DNA from: Scenedesmus sp. PABB004
Lineage: Eukaryota
NCBI GenBank assembly: GCA_014905635.1
Contig: JABVCE010000031.1
Span: 124,001-188,000, forward strand
Direction: 5' to 3'
Length of the DNA: 64,000 nucleotides
The translations under genes were made by a program, and so were the position numbers. Under the pieces are notes generated by a model, which was given only the letters and a program-made list of their open reading frames with translations, was not told the origin of the DNA and ran no database searches. Positions 12,646 through 25,103 of the stretch are shown in pieces. Position 1 is the stretch's first letter. Each line of letters opens with the position of its first letter.

Positions 12646-14342
12646 ATGGAGGCGTACGTCAAGGGCCCCGTCATCGGGGAGGGCACCTTTGGCAGCGTGC
12701 TGTGCGCGACGCACCGCGCGAGCGGGCGGCAGGTCGCGCTGAAGAAGGTCCGCCTCGGCGCGGGCCGCGGCGGCGACGGCGTCGCGCCGGCGGCGCTGCG
12801 CGAGCTCCGCGCGCTGCGCGCGCTGTCGGGCCCGCACGTCGTGGAGCTCTTGGACGTCTTCACGACCAAGGCGAGCCTGGTGCTCGTGTTTGAGTTCATG
12901 CCCTGGAGCCTCGAGGACCTCGTCGCCGACCGCGGCGCGGCGCTCGGGCCGGGGGAGGTCAAGGCCATCATGGCCATGCTGCTGCGGGTGCGACCAGCAG
13001 AGGACGGGCGCCCGGCGCGGGCAGGCACCTGGCGTGCGCGGCGCGGCCGCCGAGCGGCGCGCGGCCGCCCGCGCGCGCTCGCGCAGGGCCTCTCGCGCGT
13101 GCACGGCGCGGGCATGGTGCACCGGGACGTCAAGCCCGACAACCTGCTGCTCTCGGAGGCCGGCGTGGTCAAGCTCGCCGACTTTGGCCTCGCGCGGTGC
13201 GGCCCGCGCTGCGCGCGCACCGCGGGCGGGGCGTGCGTGCGACAAGGGGCGCACGCAGGGGGGCGTGCGACGAGGGGCGGGGCCGCGCGCCGACGCCGCC
13301 CGCCCGCCCGCCACGCCCCACGCGCCGCCCGCAGCGCGCTCGACGACGGCGCCGACTCGCCGCCCGGCGGCGGGGCGGGGCGGCTCACGCCGCAGGTCTT
13401 TGGCCGCTGGTACCGCCCGCCGGAGCTGCTCATGGGCGCGGAGCGCTACGGCCCGGCGGTCGACATGTGGGCGGCGGGGTGCGTGCTGGCGGAGCTGCTG
13501 CTGCGCCGGCCCTGGTTCCCGGGCGTGTGTGACATGGATCAGCTGGACCGCATCTTCAAGGTCCTTGGTGTCCCCACCGTGCAGAGCTGGCCGGGGCTGG
13601 CGCAGCTGCCGCACCGCATCGACTTTCGGCCCGCGCCGGGGCAGCCGCTGAAGCAGGTGTTCCCACAGGTGGCCGCCGCACCGCGTGCCCCGCGGCGGCG
13701 CGGCCCGCGCCGCGCCGCCGGCGCCTGCAGCAGCAGGCCGCCGCCCACGCGCGCCGCCGCGCCGCCCGGCAGGCGTCGCCCGACTGCCTCGACCTGCTGC
13801 GCCGGCTGGTGGCGTTTGACCCGGACGCGCGGCCCAGCGCGGCGGAGGCGCTCACGCACCCCTTTTTCACCTCGGGGCCGGCGCCCACGCCGCCGGGCGC
13901 GCTGCCGCGCCCCGCCAGCAGCAGGCGCGTGCCACGCCCGGCGCCGGCGCCGCGCCGCCTGCGTCGCCCGCCACACTCGCCGCCTGCGCCACGCGCCGCG
14001 CAGGGCCGGGCGTCGTGGCGCCGCGATGGTGCCGGCGATCATGCAGGACCTGCTCATGCAGCCGGCCGTGATGCTGCGGCAGCCGCCGCCGCAGGCGCCG
14101 GGCGCACAGCAGCAGGGCGCCCAGCAGCAGCAGCCGGCCGGCGGCGCGGACGCTGGCGCGGGCATGGCCGCCAGCCGCGCGCTGTTCAGCCGCCAGCCAG
14201 CGGCGGCCTTTGCCGAAGGCAGCGCCTCGTTCTCGGGCCGCTTCCTCCTGGGCGGCGGCGGCGGCAGCGGCGCGGAGCAGCTGCTGGAGGCGTCGCGCCT
14301 GGGGCGCGGCGGCGGCGGCATCGCGCCTGGGCCGGCCGAGGG

Positions 14343-14408
<66 letters not shown>

Positions 14409-16272
14409 CGTGCGCTTTGGCGGCAGCAGCGTGCTGTCGGACGACGGCCCCGCCGTGCCCTGGAAGGGGCGGCTGAGCTTTGACGCGGCGCTGGACGAAG
14501 CGGACACGGTGCTGGGCGACGCGGGCGCTGGCGGGCAGCAGCAGGCGCTGCTGCCCCGGCGCCCCTCGCCCGGCGCGGGGCAGCCGGGCAAGGCGGGCGC
14601 CAGCAGCAGCATGCGGCCGCCGCTGCACCGCGGCGGCGGCGCAACCGGCGCGACGCCGCTGCCGGCACGGCCGGGCAGCGCCGGCGCCTCGGCGGCGGGC
14701 ACCGACGTGGCGGCGGACGGTGCGGCGCCGGGCGCGGCCCGACGGCGGGGCGTGTCGGACCTGGCGGCCGCGCTGTCCAGTGCTGCGGCCGACGGCGGCG
14801 GGCCGCTGGGCGGCGCGCAGCCGGGCCTGGAGCCGGGGCAGCCCGCCTGGGACAGCACCACGCCTGCGGCTGGCCTACTTGCGGTCTCGCGCTGCGGCGG
14901 CGGCGGCGGCGCCGGCGCCGGCGGCCCTGCGGACAGCGGCGAGGACCTGGCTTGCCCCATGTCACTCGGCACGAGCGCGCACAAGCGCTCGCGCGCAGTG
15001 TTTGAGGCCGCCGCGCCTGCGGGGGCGGCCGCGCAGGGCGAGGCCGGCGCGGCGGGCGAGCAGCAGCATGGCCAGCAGCACGCTGGCGCAATGAGCGCCA
15101 CCAGCAGCGGCGCCGGCGCGCGGCGACTGCTGCGCGGCCGCCGCAGCAGCCTGGGCTCCGGCTGCTGCAGCATGGACACGGACGCGGAGCCGCCCAGCAC
15201 GGGCGCGGCGCACGGCGGCGGCGCGCAGGCGGGCACGCGCCCAGCGGGCGCGCAGGCGGCCCCGCCGGCCCAGCCGCCGGCGCCGGACGCCGCCGGAGAG
15301 CGCGACGGGCGGCAGCCGGCCGGCGCGCAGGGGGGGCGGCAGCAGGCAGATGCGCGGGCGGAGCTGGGCGGGCCCGCGCCGCGCGCTGACGGCGCGTGCG
15401 CGCTGCAGGCGCTGCAGCCCTGGCAGCTGGGCGGCGGCCCCGCGGCGGAGCAGCCCGGCGGCGGCGCGCACAGCGGCGGCGGCGGCGGCAGTGGCGGCGG
15501 CAGCGGCGGCAGCGGTGGCGCGCCGGGCGGCGCCGCCGGCGCCTTTTGCTGCGCGGAGCTGAGCCAGGGGGCAGACGCCGGCGCGGCGCCCGGCGGCTCC
15601 GCCGGCGACGCGAGCGCGTGCCCCATGAGCCTTGACGGCCGTGCCTGGACCGGCGCGGCGCGGCGTGCCGGCGGCGGCGGCCACGCCGGCAGCGCGGGCA
15701 TGGGCAGCGCCGCCGGCGGCGCGCCGTCCGCCGACGGGCGGCCGCCCGGCCCCAACGGCCTGGTCGGGCCCAGCGGGGCGGAGCGCTTTGCTGCGATGGA
15801 CCCCGCTGACCTGGCCGAGCTCGCCGACTGGTGGCGCCCGCGCCTCGACTCGGCCGAGCGCCGCTACCTGCGCTGCCGCAAGCTGCAGATGGACGAGGCA
15901 CTGCTGCAGGCGCGGCGCGGCGCTGCGACGCACGGCGCTCCCCGCGCCTCCCGCACGCGCGCCGCGCTCGCCGCCGCCCGCCGGCGCCCGCGCTGACCCG
16001 CGGCTCCCGCGCCGACCCCGCCCGCGCAGGCGAGCCAGCAGGGCGACGACGGCGGCGACGGCTGCGGGGGCGCGCTGGGCAGCCCAGAGTTTGAGGTGCG
16101 CGGCGCGCCGCTCTTCGGGTCGCCGCTGAGCGCAGACGGCGACGCGGAGCCCGACCAGGGCGGGCCGGGCTCGGTGCGGCGCCGCAGCGGCGCCGCCGCC
16201 GCCGCCGCTGCGGTCGCCGCCGGCGCGGTCGCCGAGGGCGGGCGCGACGCCGCGCCGGTGACGGCGGGCTGA
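12646..16272 (+). CDS. CDKD: Cyclin-dependent kinase, CDKD/CDK7 (CAK) type, with a long low-complexity tail
   Basis: GEGTFG, VALKK, PAALRE helix, HRDVKPDNLL, DFGLAR, TPQVFGRWYRPPELLMGA, AAGCVLAELLLRRP and FFTSGPAPTPPGALPRP resemble plant CDKD as recalled. Stop TGA at 16270-16272. Confidence 0.8.
14344..14406 (+). repeat. (CAG)21 poly-Gln tract in the CDK tail
   Basis: Uninterrupted CAG run, in frame. Confidence 0.95.
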
Positions 16273-16427
16273 TCGGCCCTCGTGGGGCGGGGCTGGCGGC
16301 GCTGGGTGCCGCGCCTTGGCTGCGCGCGGCGGCAGGCCGCACTTGTGCCACGCGCAGCGACGGGCTGGGCTCTGCGCTGGGCTCGCTCATGGGACGGGCC
16401 TGCTCCGCCTTGACGGGGCGCTCTCGG

Positions 16428-16432
16428 TGTAA
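16428..16432 (+). terminator. TGTAA polyadenylation signal of the CDK gene
   Basis: Chlorophyte poly(A) signal ~155 nt after the stop codon. Confidence 0.7.
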
Positions 16433-16437
16433 GTCAG

Positions 16438-16442
16438 TTACA
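16438..16442 (-). terminator. TGTAA polyadenylation signal of the convergent minus-strand gene
   Basis: ttaca on the plus strand, ~200 nt past the stop at 16640. Confidence 0.7.
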
Positions 16443-16639
16443 CCTCACAGGCGTGCCGGCAATTCAGGAGGGGCAGTGCACACGAGTTTGAGCTTGCGCC
16501 CGCCGCGGCCAGCGGTCAGCACTGCTGAGTTGATCCGTTCTCCGCCACAGAGCAAACACAGAAGACGCAATGCTGCGGCCCACTGTTCAGCCCCCCTCGC
16601 TGCTGGGGTTTGGTGGTGCCTGCACAAGTCCCGCGCGCA

Positions 16640-17572
16640 TCAGGCCCGCCCCTCGTTCTGCAGTGCCTTGCCGTCCGAGCTGCTGTCGAGCCACCAGCGC
16701 AGCTGCTCTTGCAGCAGCGCGCTGCGCCGCAGCGAGTGCTCCTCCGCGGCCGCCCTGAAGAGGCAGGCCATCGAGCGCCCCCCGGCGTCGCCCTGCGGCG
16801 CCGCGTCGCCGGCCGCGCCCTCCGCCTCCGCCTCGGCCGCGCCCGCCGCCTCGCGCGCGGCGCGCTGCTGCACCGCCTCCGCCTCCACCGCCTGGGCCAC
16901 CGCGCTGAAGCTGGGGAGAAACGGATAGGATGCGACCACCTGGGGGGCGCGCGCGGCGCGGCCGGGCGGTCGCGCGGCGGCCGCGGGGCCGGGGCGCTCG
17001 GCCGCCGCGCCCCGCCCCTCCCCTCTTCTTCCCCTCTCTCTCTCGCGCGCGCGGCGGCTCACCAGCTGTGCGATCTGCAGCCGCGTGAGGGTGTTCATGA
17101 AGAACATAGCCATCATGCACAGCCGCAGCTGCCGCATGCCCACGTGGCGGTGCAGCGCGCCGTCCAGCGCCGCCGCGCTGCCGCCGCCCGCCTCGCCGCC
17201 CGCCGGCTCGCCCGGCGGCGGCGGCGACGGCGGCGCCGCTGCCGCCGCCCCGCCCTTTCTGGACGTGCGGCGGCGCCGCGGCGCGGCGGCGGCCTTGTCG
17301 CCGGCCGGCTGCTCCGGCGCACCGCCGCTGCCGCCGCTGCCGTTGCCGCCGCCCGAGCTCGGCGCGCAGGCGTCGGCGTCGGGGCTCGCGCTCGCGGCGC
17401 GGCTGCTGCGCTCGTGCTCGGCCGCCGCGACGAGCAGGCCGGGCGTCGCGGCCTGGCCAACGAGTTGGGTGCCCTCTGCGGACGCGGCGCGGTTGAACCG
17501 CGCATACTCCGCCCGCGCGATGCAGACCTGCTGCACCTGCTGCGGCGAGAGGTGCAGCCGCGTCGCGACCCT

Positions 17573-17625
<53 letters not shown>

Positions 17626-18637
17626 CCGCGTCGGCCCCCGCACGTGCAGGGGACGCCGCGGCACGGCTGCCGCCCGCGCGCCCTGCCCCCGGCGGCGGCG
17701 CGGGGCGGCGCGGCGCGGCGCGCACTGCGCGGCGTGCGTCGGCGGCGGCGTCGCGAACGTGCAGGTGGCGCAGTTGTAGCATGCAGCCCTGAGCATGGGC
17801 ACGTGGTTGAAGAGATACGCCAGCAGGAACAGCCGGACATAGTGATCCACCACGCCCTCCAGCAGCGCCAGGCTGGCCGCCGGGCCGGCCGCGCTCCCCG
17901 CACCGCCGCCGCCGCCGCCGCCGCCGCACGCCGGCGCGCCGGGCGGCGCCGCGTCGAGCTCGTCGCAGCGGTTGATGAGCTCCAACAGCACCACCAGCTG
18001 CGCGGCGCGCAGACGACCAGGGTGCGTGTGGCGTGCGCCCGCGCTGGCAGCCCGGCAGCGCGGCGCAGGGCGCCGCGCCAGCTGCGCCGCCGCGCCGCCG
18101 CGCCCGGCGCGGGGCGCCCACCTTGCTGAACATGCCGTGGACGAGCTCGCACCAGTCGGCCGCGGCGGCGAGCGACATGACCCGGTCCAGGTCGGCCAGC
18201 GTCGCGGTGCGGAGCAGCTCGGCGGTGTAGCCGCTCGCCTCAAAGCCCCGCGCCGCCTCGCCGCCCGCCTGCCCCGGCTGGCAGGCCGCCGTCGCCGTCT
18301 GCTGCGGCTGCTGCTGCTGCGGCGGCGCCTGCTGCTGCTCCGCGGCCGGCTGCGCCGCGGCCGGCTGCTCGCCGGCCGCCGGCGCGTCGCCGCCGCAGCA
18401 GCCCTGCGCCGCCGCCTGGTGGCGCACGAGCGAGAGCACGAGGTCCTGGTGCAGGATGAGGTCGAGCAGGCAGCGCTGGCGCTCGTGCGTCCGGGCCAGG
18501 CAGGCCTGCGCCGCAGCGTGCTCGGCCCGCGCGGCGTCGAGCCGCGTGAGCAAACGCTTGTACGTCGACCTGCTGTGCTCAGGCGCCACGGCGGGGCCCT
18601 TCTTGACGCGCCCGCGGGTGCGCCGCAGCGCGTCCAT
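16640..18637 (-). CDS. Hypothetical protein, possibly a chlorophyte bZIP/DOG1-like regulator
   Basis: Basic N-terminus (MDALRRTRGRVKKG...RSTYKRL) then a leucine-periodic helix; C-terminal LHLSPQQ and NTLTRLQIAQL|VVASYPFLP motifs; GT-AG introns. Confidence 0.5.
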
Positions 18638-19409
18638 CCTGTGCAGCGGCGAGCGGGCCAGCGTGGCGGGGCAGCAGCGGCGGCGTCGGCGGCGGTGGTG
18701 AGCCGGCCAGTTTTTCCGGCGGCGCCGGCCGCCAGCACGCCAGCACAGCCAGCTGGACTCGCCCGCCAGCAGGCGCCAGTCGCAGAGGCGCGTGCGGCCC
18801 GGAGAGGCCGGCGCTGCTGCCCTCACCGCTGCTGCTCCGACCCGGCCGTCGCGCCGCCTGCGCCGCTTCCGGCGGCACGTTCAGACCTCAAGATCGCCAA
18901 TCAGGGGACCACGGCGCGCCTTCCGCGCCCGCCGGCGCGCGCCGGCGCGCGCCGGCGGTGGCCATGCCGCGTGGCGCGCTGCCTGGGCGCGCGGTGGGCG
19001 GTCCGGAAGGCGCGGACGGCCAAGGGTGGCCGCCTGGCGAGCGGTGTCACGGCGCGGGAGCGAACGGAGCGTGGTCACCGCGGCGCCGCCGCAATTGCAG
19101 GCTTTTGTCGCACCGCCGCACGCCGTCGCGCCACGCCGTTCGCACAGCCCCGCCACGCCTCTACGCCACACCACTCCAGCCACACGGATGCCCCACAGGG
19201 AGCGCTGTCGACGCGCCGCCCGGTCCCGCTCTGCGCCCGCGCCCCGTCTCGCCGCTGGCTGCGCGCCACCACCACCGCCGCCACCACAAAACCACCGCAC
19301 CCACATCAACGACGGCAACAGCGCGCACCCCCGCCGCCCCGACAGCCCCCTGCCGCCAGCCCCCCGCCGCGCAGCCCGCAGGGGGCGCCGCGGTGCTCAC
19401 GCGCCGTGC

Positions 19410-19509
19410 TCACGCTGCGCCGCCACGCAGGATGGCCTCCTCAAAGTCCATCGGGTCCCTGAAGAGCCAGATGTCTGCAAGGGTTGTGTGTGTGAGGGTT
19501 GTGTGTGAG

Positions 19510-19544
<35 letters not shown>

Positions 19545-22500
19545 GAGGAGGGGGGGGGGGGGGTGGTGAGGCGGAGCGAGGCCTGCTCCCCGCGCAGCGC
19601 ACGGCCTGCGACGCGCAGCGCGCGCGGCCCGCGGCGCGCACCCTGGAGTCGGCCGTCCGGGGCGAAGAGGTCCACCTGCGGCGACGGACGGCGCCGCGCT
19701 CAGCTGCCGCCCCGGCGGCGCCCGGCCGCGCGCGCGGCCGCGCGCCGCCGCCGCCGCGCCTGCACGCCCTCGATCTCAAACGCGGGCGCGCCGCCGGCGC
19801 GGCTGACGATGCGGGAGCGCCAATGAGTGAAGCCCACGTTCTGCGCGGCGCGGCGCGGCGGTGGGCGCGGCGGTCCGTCCGACGCACACGCAGCACGCAC
19901 ACGCACACGCAGCACGGCCCGCGCGTGCAGTCTCAACGCACGCAGACGCACGCGCAGCACGCACCCACCTTGGTGAGGCTGACCGCGTTGTCCACCAGCT
20001 TGCACTTGATGTCATACCTGACCAGACGGGGGGCGGCGGGCGGGGTGCAGGAATCACTGTGCGCACGTCCGCGGTGGCAGCCTGGCGTCGCGCACGCCTG
20101 CGCCCCCCGCCCCGCCCCGCCTGGCCCCTCGCCCCTTCCGTCCTGCGCCCCGCATCCTCCGTCTCCTGCCGTCCCCGCGCCCAGCTCACCGCTCCTGCGG
20201 CGGCGGCAGGCCGGGCGGTGAGCGTGAGGGGCGTGGCGCGCGCTGTCGGCGCGGCGCGGCGCGCCGCCGGTTGCGCGCGCTGCCCGCCGCCCGCCCAGCC
20301 GGTCACCCCCCGGACCTTGGTCGCGGCGATGATGTCCTTCACCGCCTCGTAGCGCACCACGCACGCGTCGGCCTCGCCGCGCCGCGCCGGGTCGCACAGC
20401 ACCGGCAGCACTGCGCCGCGGCGGCGGCGGGGCGGGGTGAGGTGGCACCGCGCGGCGGGCGCGGGGCGGGGTGGGGTGGCGCCGCGCGGCACGGTGGGCA
20501 CGGGAGCGGCGGCGGCGGCGGCGGCGGCGGCGTGGAACGGCGGGGCCCCAGGGTGGCGGCGGGCACGGCGCCAACATCGCCCTCTCCCCCCCCCCCCGGC
20601 CCCCGCGCACCGCCGTACGCGTCCCAGAGCCGGAAGGAGGGGTCCAGCGCGCGGTCCAGCACGCTCTCGGGCTGCCCTGGAGGGCGCGGGCGCGGGGCGG
20701 GGTGCGCAGGGCGCGGGGCGGGAGCGGCGGGCGCGGGGCGGGAGCGGCGGGCGCGGGGCGGGAGCGGCGGGTGTGGGGCGGGGTGGGGGAGCCCGCCAGG
20801 CTGCCGCCGCAGCCGCCGCAGGCGGGCGGGTCGCTGCGGCGGAGGGTGCGCTGCGCAGGGCGCGGTGCGCGCGGGGACCCGCACCCGAGCTGCGCGCCTG
20901 GCACCACGCGCGGCTGTTGGCGAGCGGCACCTCGTTGCTCAGGCCGGCGGGGTAACCGGCCAGGTCGGCCTCGGGGAAGGGCGTGGTGCCTGGGCGCGCA
21001 AGGGTGCAGGGCCGCCGGTTCAGGGTTAAGAGGGGTCCGGAGGGGTTTGAGGGGTGGAGAGAGGCCGAAGGGCGCGCGCCAGAGCGTGCGCGCCGCGCCG
21101 CGCACCCGCGCTGTGCGCCGAGTCGAGGCTCGCGAGCCCGCTGACGTCCTCGGGGCTCAGGCTGCTGCGCTCGTGCACCGCCATCACCTGCGGCGCCGCG
21201 CCGGCGCGGGGGCGCGAGGCGGGCGCGCGCGTCGGCGGCCTGGGCGCTCAGGCCCTTACGGGTGCTGCGGCGGCCGGTCAGGGTTTAGCGCCCCCCCCCC
21301 CTTGAACAAAACCCTGTCAGTCACACCTTGAGCGCCGTGTCGTCGTACATCACGTCCATGACCATCACCTTGTAGCCCACGCTGCAACAAGCAGCGGCAG
21401 GCGAGGGCGTTTGGGAGTTCAGGGGGGCGCGGGTGGGCGGTGAGGGGCGCGGGTGGGCGGTGAGGGGCGCAGGCGGGCGGCGCCGGGCTGCGGGCTCGCG
21501 CCGGGCCCCGGCCAGCCCCGCGCCGCGCCGTCGCACCTCACGCGCTCGTCGGGCAGCACCTTGGAGCGATACTTGAACTCAACCAGCGCAAAGAACGTGT
21601 CGTCCTGCGCGAAAACAGTGAGTGTGCGGCGCGGTGATGCCTCAACAGCACGGGCCAGAGGCGACGCCCCAGCGCGCCACGCCGCAGCGCGCCACGGCCC
21701 GGCGGCGGCGGCGGCGGCGGCGGCACGCGGCAGCGGCGCGCGGCGGTGAGCCAGGGCGGCGGCGCGCACCAGGGAGCACGCGGCGGTCGCGAGGATGCGG
21801 TGGCCGGCGAGGTCCATCTTCTCGTGCCCCACGCTGATGCGCTTCAGCAGGTAGTCGATGCCCTGTTTGGGTGGGTTTGAGTGAGTGTTTGAGCGAGCGA
21901 GCGAGTGAGTCAGTGAGTGAGCGGGTAAGTGCGTGAGTGAGGGAGTGTGCGAGTATGAGGCGACGGCGGCAGCGGCCAGCGTGGCCCGCGCAGCCCGCGC
22001 GGCGCACCTGGCCCTTGTGGCGGCGCAGCACCTGGGTCGACCGGAACTCGACCGCGCTGTCGACGTCCGCCAGCAGCCCCGCGCGGGCGGCCTCGGGCCC
22101 CATGGCGATGCCTGGGCGCGGCGCGGCCGCGGCGGCGTGGGCGGGCGGCCTGCGGCCGGGCGGGGCCGCCGTGCGGCGCAGCGCTGACCCTTGAACCAGG
22201 TGTTGACCACCTCCGAGCCGAGCGCGCAGATCTTCTCCTCGCGGTGCGCATCGCTGCGGGCGCGCGCGCGCACAGGGTCGGCGCGGCGCTGCGAGGCGCG
22301 CGCGGCCTGGCCGCAGCACGGCGCGCATCGCGCACCGGTAGGCGACGACGCTCAGCGCGGTCCGGGCGCGGCGAAGGGCCGGGCGCAGCGGGGCCAGGCG
22401 GGGCGCGGGCGCGCGCGCGATCACGGCGCGGGCGGCCTGCGCGGCAGCGCCGGCGGCGGCAGCGGCGGGCGGGTCGGCGGCAGGCGCTGGCAGCGTCGCG

Positions 22501-22548
22501 CAGCGCGGTCGGGATCGCAAATCGGTCTCGGCGCACCGTGGAGCGCAT
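19410..22548 (-). CDS. Plastid-targeted hypothetical protein, possibly NTF2/SnoaL-like
   Basis: MRST|AARAVIARAPAPRLAPL... transit peptide, many short spliced exons (GIDYLLKRISVGHEK, DDTFFALVEFKY, NVGFTHWRSRI, VDLFAPDGRLQ|DIWLFRDPMDFEEAIL), stop at 19410-19412. The fold call is inference. Confidence 0.6.
19513..19542. repeat. (GT)n microsatellite, intronic
   Basis: About 15 GT units. Confidence 0.9.
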
Positions 22549-22931
22549 GATGCGTGGGGCTGGGTGGCGAACGGGAGGGGCCTGCGCGGCGCGCGATGGG
22601 AGTCGTGACTTGCAGCGCGCTGCAGTTGTCGCAGCGCCCCCGCGCGCGCGCCGGCATCCCCCGACACGACGCAGAAGCAGCCTGAAGGCTCGCCAGCACT
22701 CACTTGGGGGCCGGCAGCGGCGGCGCTCGCGGGCAGCTTTTCAGGTGTGGGCTGCGGCTCTGCCTGGTGCCTGGTGCGTCCGGGTGGACTGACGGTGTGG
22801 CCGCGCGGCGCATGAGATCGGCGCTTGCGGCGCGCGCGGTTTGCCGCGCGCGGTTGCAGCGCGCCGCGTGCAGCACGCGCCCGCCCTTGCCCGCGGCGGC
22901 GCCGCCGCCGCCGCCGCAGGCCGGATCAGTT

Positions 22932-24217
22932 TCACAGCGGCTTTCCCGTAAAGTCGCTGCCGCCGCCCAGGCCGCCGCCGCCGCGGCGCGGCCCGCGCCC
23001 GCCGCCGCGCCCGCCGCGCTCGTCGCGCTCCTCCTCCTCCTCCTCCCAGCGCCGCCGCGGCGCCTGCCACTCGGGGCGCGCCGGGTTGGCCCAGCCCTGC
23101 CGCCGCTCAAACGGGTCGTCGCCGCCGGGGCCGCGGTACGGGCCCCACTCGGTCGGCGCGCCGCCCCAGCCGCCGCCGTCGCCCTCGCCGCCGCCGTGCG
23201 TCGGCCGCCGCCCCCGCAGCCCCGGGTTGTCCGTCTGCTCCTGCACGCGCCGGTGCCACGCCTCGCTGGTGCCGCTGCCAAACGGGTCCAGCCGCCCCGC
23301 GCCCCAGTCGCGCATGCTGCCGGCGAGGCCGCGCCCGCCGCCGCCGCCCATCACGCGAGCGAGCCGCTCCAGCATCTCCTCCGGGCTCAGGGCCGGCCCC
23401 TCGCCGCCGTCGGCGCCGCCGTCCGCGCCCGCCGGCGCGGCGCGCTCCTCCTGCTCCCACATGCGCCTGCGGCGGCCGGGACGGGCGCGGCGCGTGAGGC
23501 GCCGGTCCGCTCTCCATCGCTCGCTCGGCGCCGCCCGCGGTCCCGCCCCGCGCCCCGCGCCCGCGTGCGCGCGCGCCTGTGCGCCTCCCAGGGGTCGGCG
23601 CCGCCGCGCCGCCAGCCCTCCTCCTCCTCCACGTCAACGTCCTGGAAAAAGTTCAGCCGGCGCCGTGACCGCGCCGCGTCGTACTCGGCGCGGCGCGCCG
23701 GGTCGGCGAGCGTCTCATAAGCGGACTTGGCCGCCTTGAACGCCTCCTCGGCGCCCGCCTGCCGCGGCGCGCGTGAGGGCGCGGCGTGAGGGCGCGGCGC
23801 GAGGGCGCGGCGCGAGGGCGCGCCAAGGTTTGCCGGGGGCGCGCGGCGGCGGCGGCGGCGCGCCCCCCGCGCGGCACCTGCTTGTTGACGTCGGGGTGGA
23901 GCTCCTTGGCGCGCCGCCGGAACGCGGCGCGGATGTCGTCCTCGCTCGCGTCGTCGGAGACACCGAGCAGGTCGTAGTGGCTCGCTGCGCGCCGGCGCGG
24001 CACGTGAGTGGGCGCGTGAGTGGGCGGCGGGGGTGTGCGGCGCGGCGTCCGCGCCGGCCGCCGCACGGCGGCCGGCTGCCGCGCCCGCTGCTGTCCGCGC
24101 GCCACACTCACGCGTCTTGCCGGTGGCGGCCGCGGCGACGCCGCGCCGGCCGCCGCGCGGCGCGCGGGGCCGCTGGTGCTGCTGCTGCTGCGCGCCGAGC
24201 GGCCTGCGGAGGTGCAT
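22932..24217 (-). CDS. DnaJ (J-domain) protein, probably organelle-targeted; start uncertain
   Basis: SHYDLLGVSDDASEDDIRAAFRRRAKELHPDVNKQ|AGAEEAFKAAKSAYETLADPARRAEYD with the HPD motif; Gly/Trp/Arg-rich tail ending GKPL-stop. Confidence 0.85.
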
Positions 24218-25103
24218 GCGTGCGTGCGCATGCACGGGGCGCGACGGCGCGGGGTCAGCAGGAGCGGCGAGGAGAGGGAGCGAGAAGCAGACGCGGCCGC
24301 ACCGCGCGCCGGGCCTGCCGCCGCTGCTCCACATCCCGCCGCGGCTCCCGCTCTGTGTGGGCTGCCCGGCCGCTGTGACGACGGCCCAGTCGCGCTGCGG
24401 GCGTGGCGCGCAGACGTGGGCGAGGGAGCGAGCGCTCTGCTCGCCGCCGCTGCTGGCGCGGGCGCTGCCGCTGCCGCTGGTGCGGCGCAGCTGCTGCCGC
24501 TACTCTCGTGGCGCAGCAGCTGTGAAGTGAGTTGCCAACCCAACACAAAGCGCCGCGGCCGCGCGGCGCGCTGAACCCGGGGCGCAGCGCCGCCCGCCTG
24601 CCTCGCGTGTGTGCGACGAGTGCCTTGCTCCGCAGGCAAGCAATGCCGATGCAGAAATGCCAGTGCGTGCTGCGTCGCAGGAAACCATGCATCAAGTCAA
24701 AAAAGGGAAGCACGGTGGGCGCCAAGCAGTCCTCCGGCAAGCGGGGCAAGTGCGTGTGCGTGCAGCAGAGGTGGCTGTGCAGACGCGGAACGCACCGAGG
24801 AGTTGGTCGAACTGGCAAACTGAGCCCGGAGGGTGCGACTGGCAAGCCCAAAGGGATTGCGTGGGGTGCAGGGTTCGTCTGGCTGAAAGAATTGGGCGCG
24901 CCGCAGCGAGGCGAGGCGGTGAGACTGGAAAGCCCAAGGAAGTGCTGCTGTGCGTGGGTGCAGGGTTCATCTGCGTGAAACAATTGGGCGCGCCGCCGAC
25001 GGGCAGTGTCGGAAAGCCGGGCCCGGCAGACCCAGGCACAGGTGCTGTGTGTGCAGCCGCGCGCCAGTCGCGCGTGGCCGCCCCCGCTGAATGAGGCCGC
25101 CCC

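Noticed and set aside
17575..17624. (CGG)n run and similar GC-rich simple repeats (311-357, 20711-20770)
   Set aside because: Ordinary intronic microsatellites.
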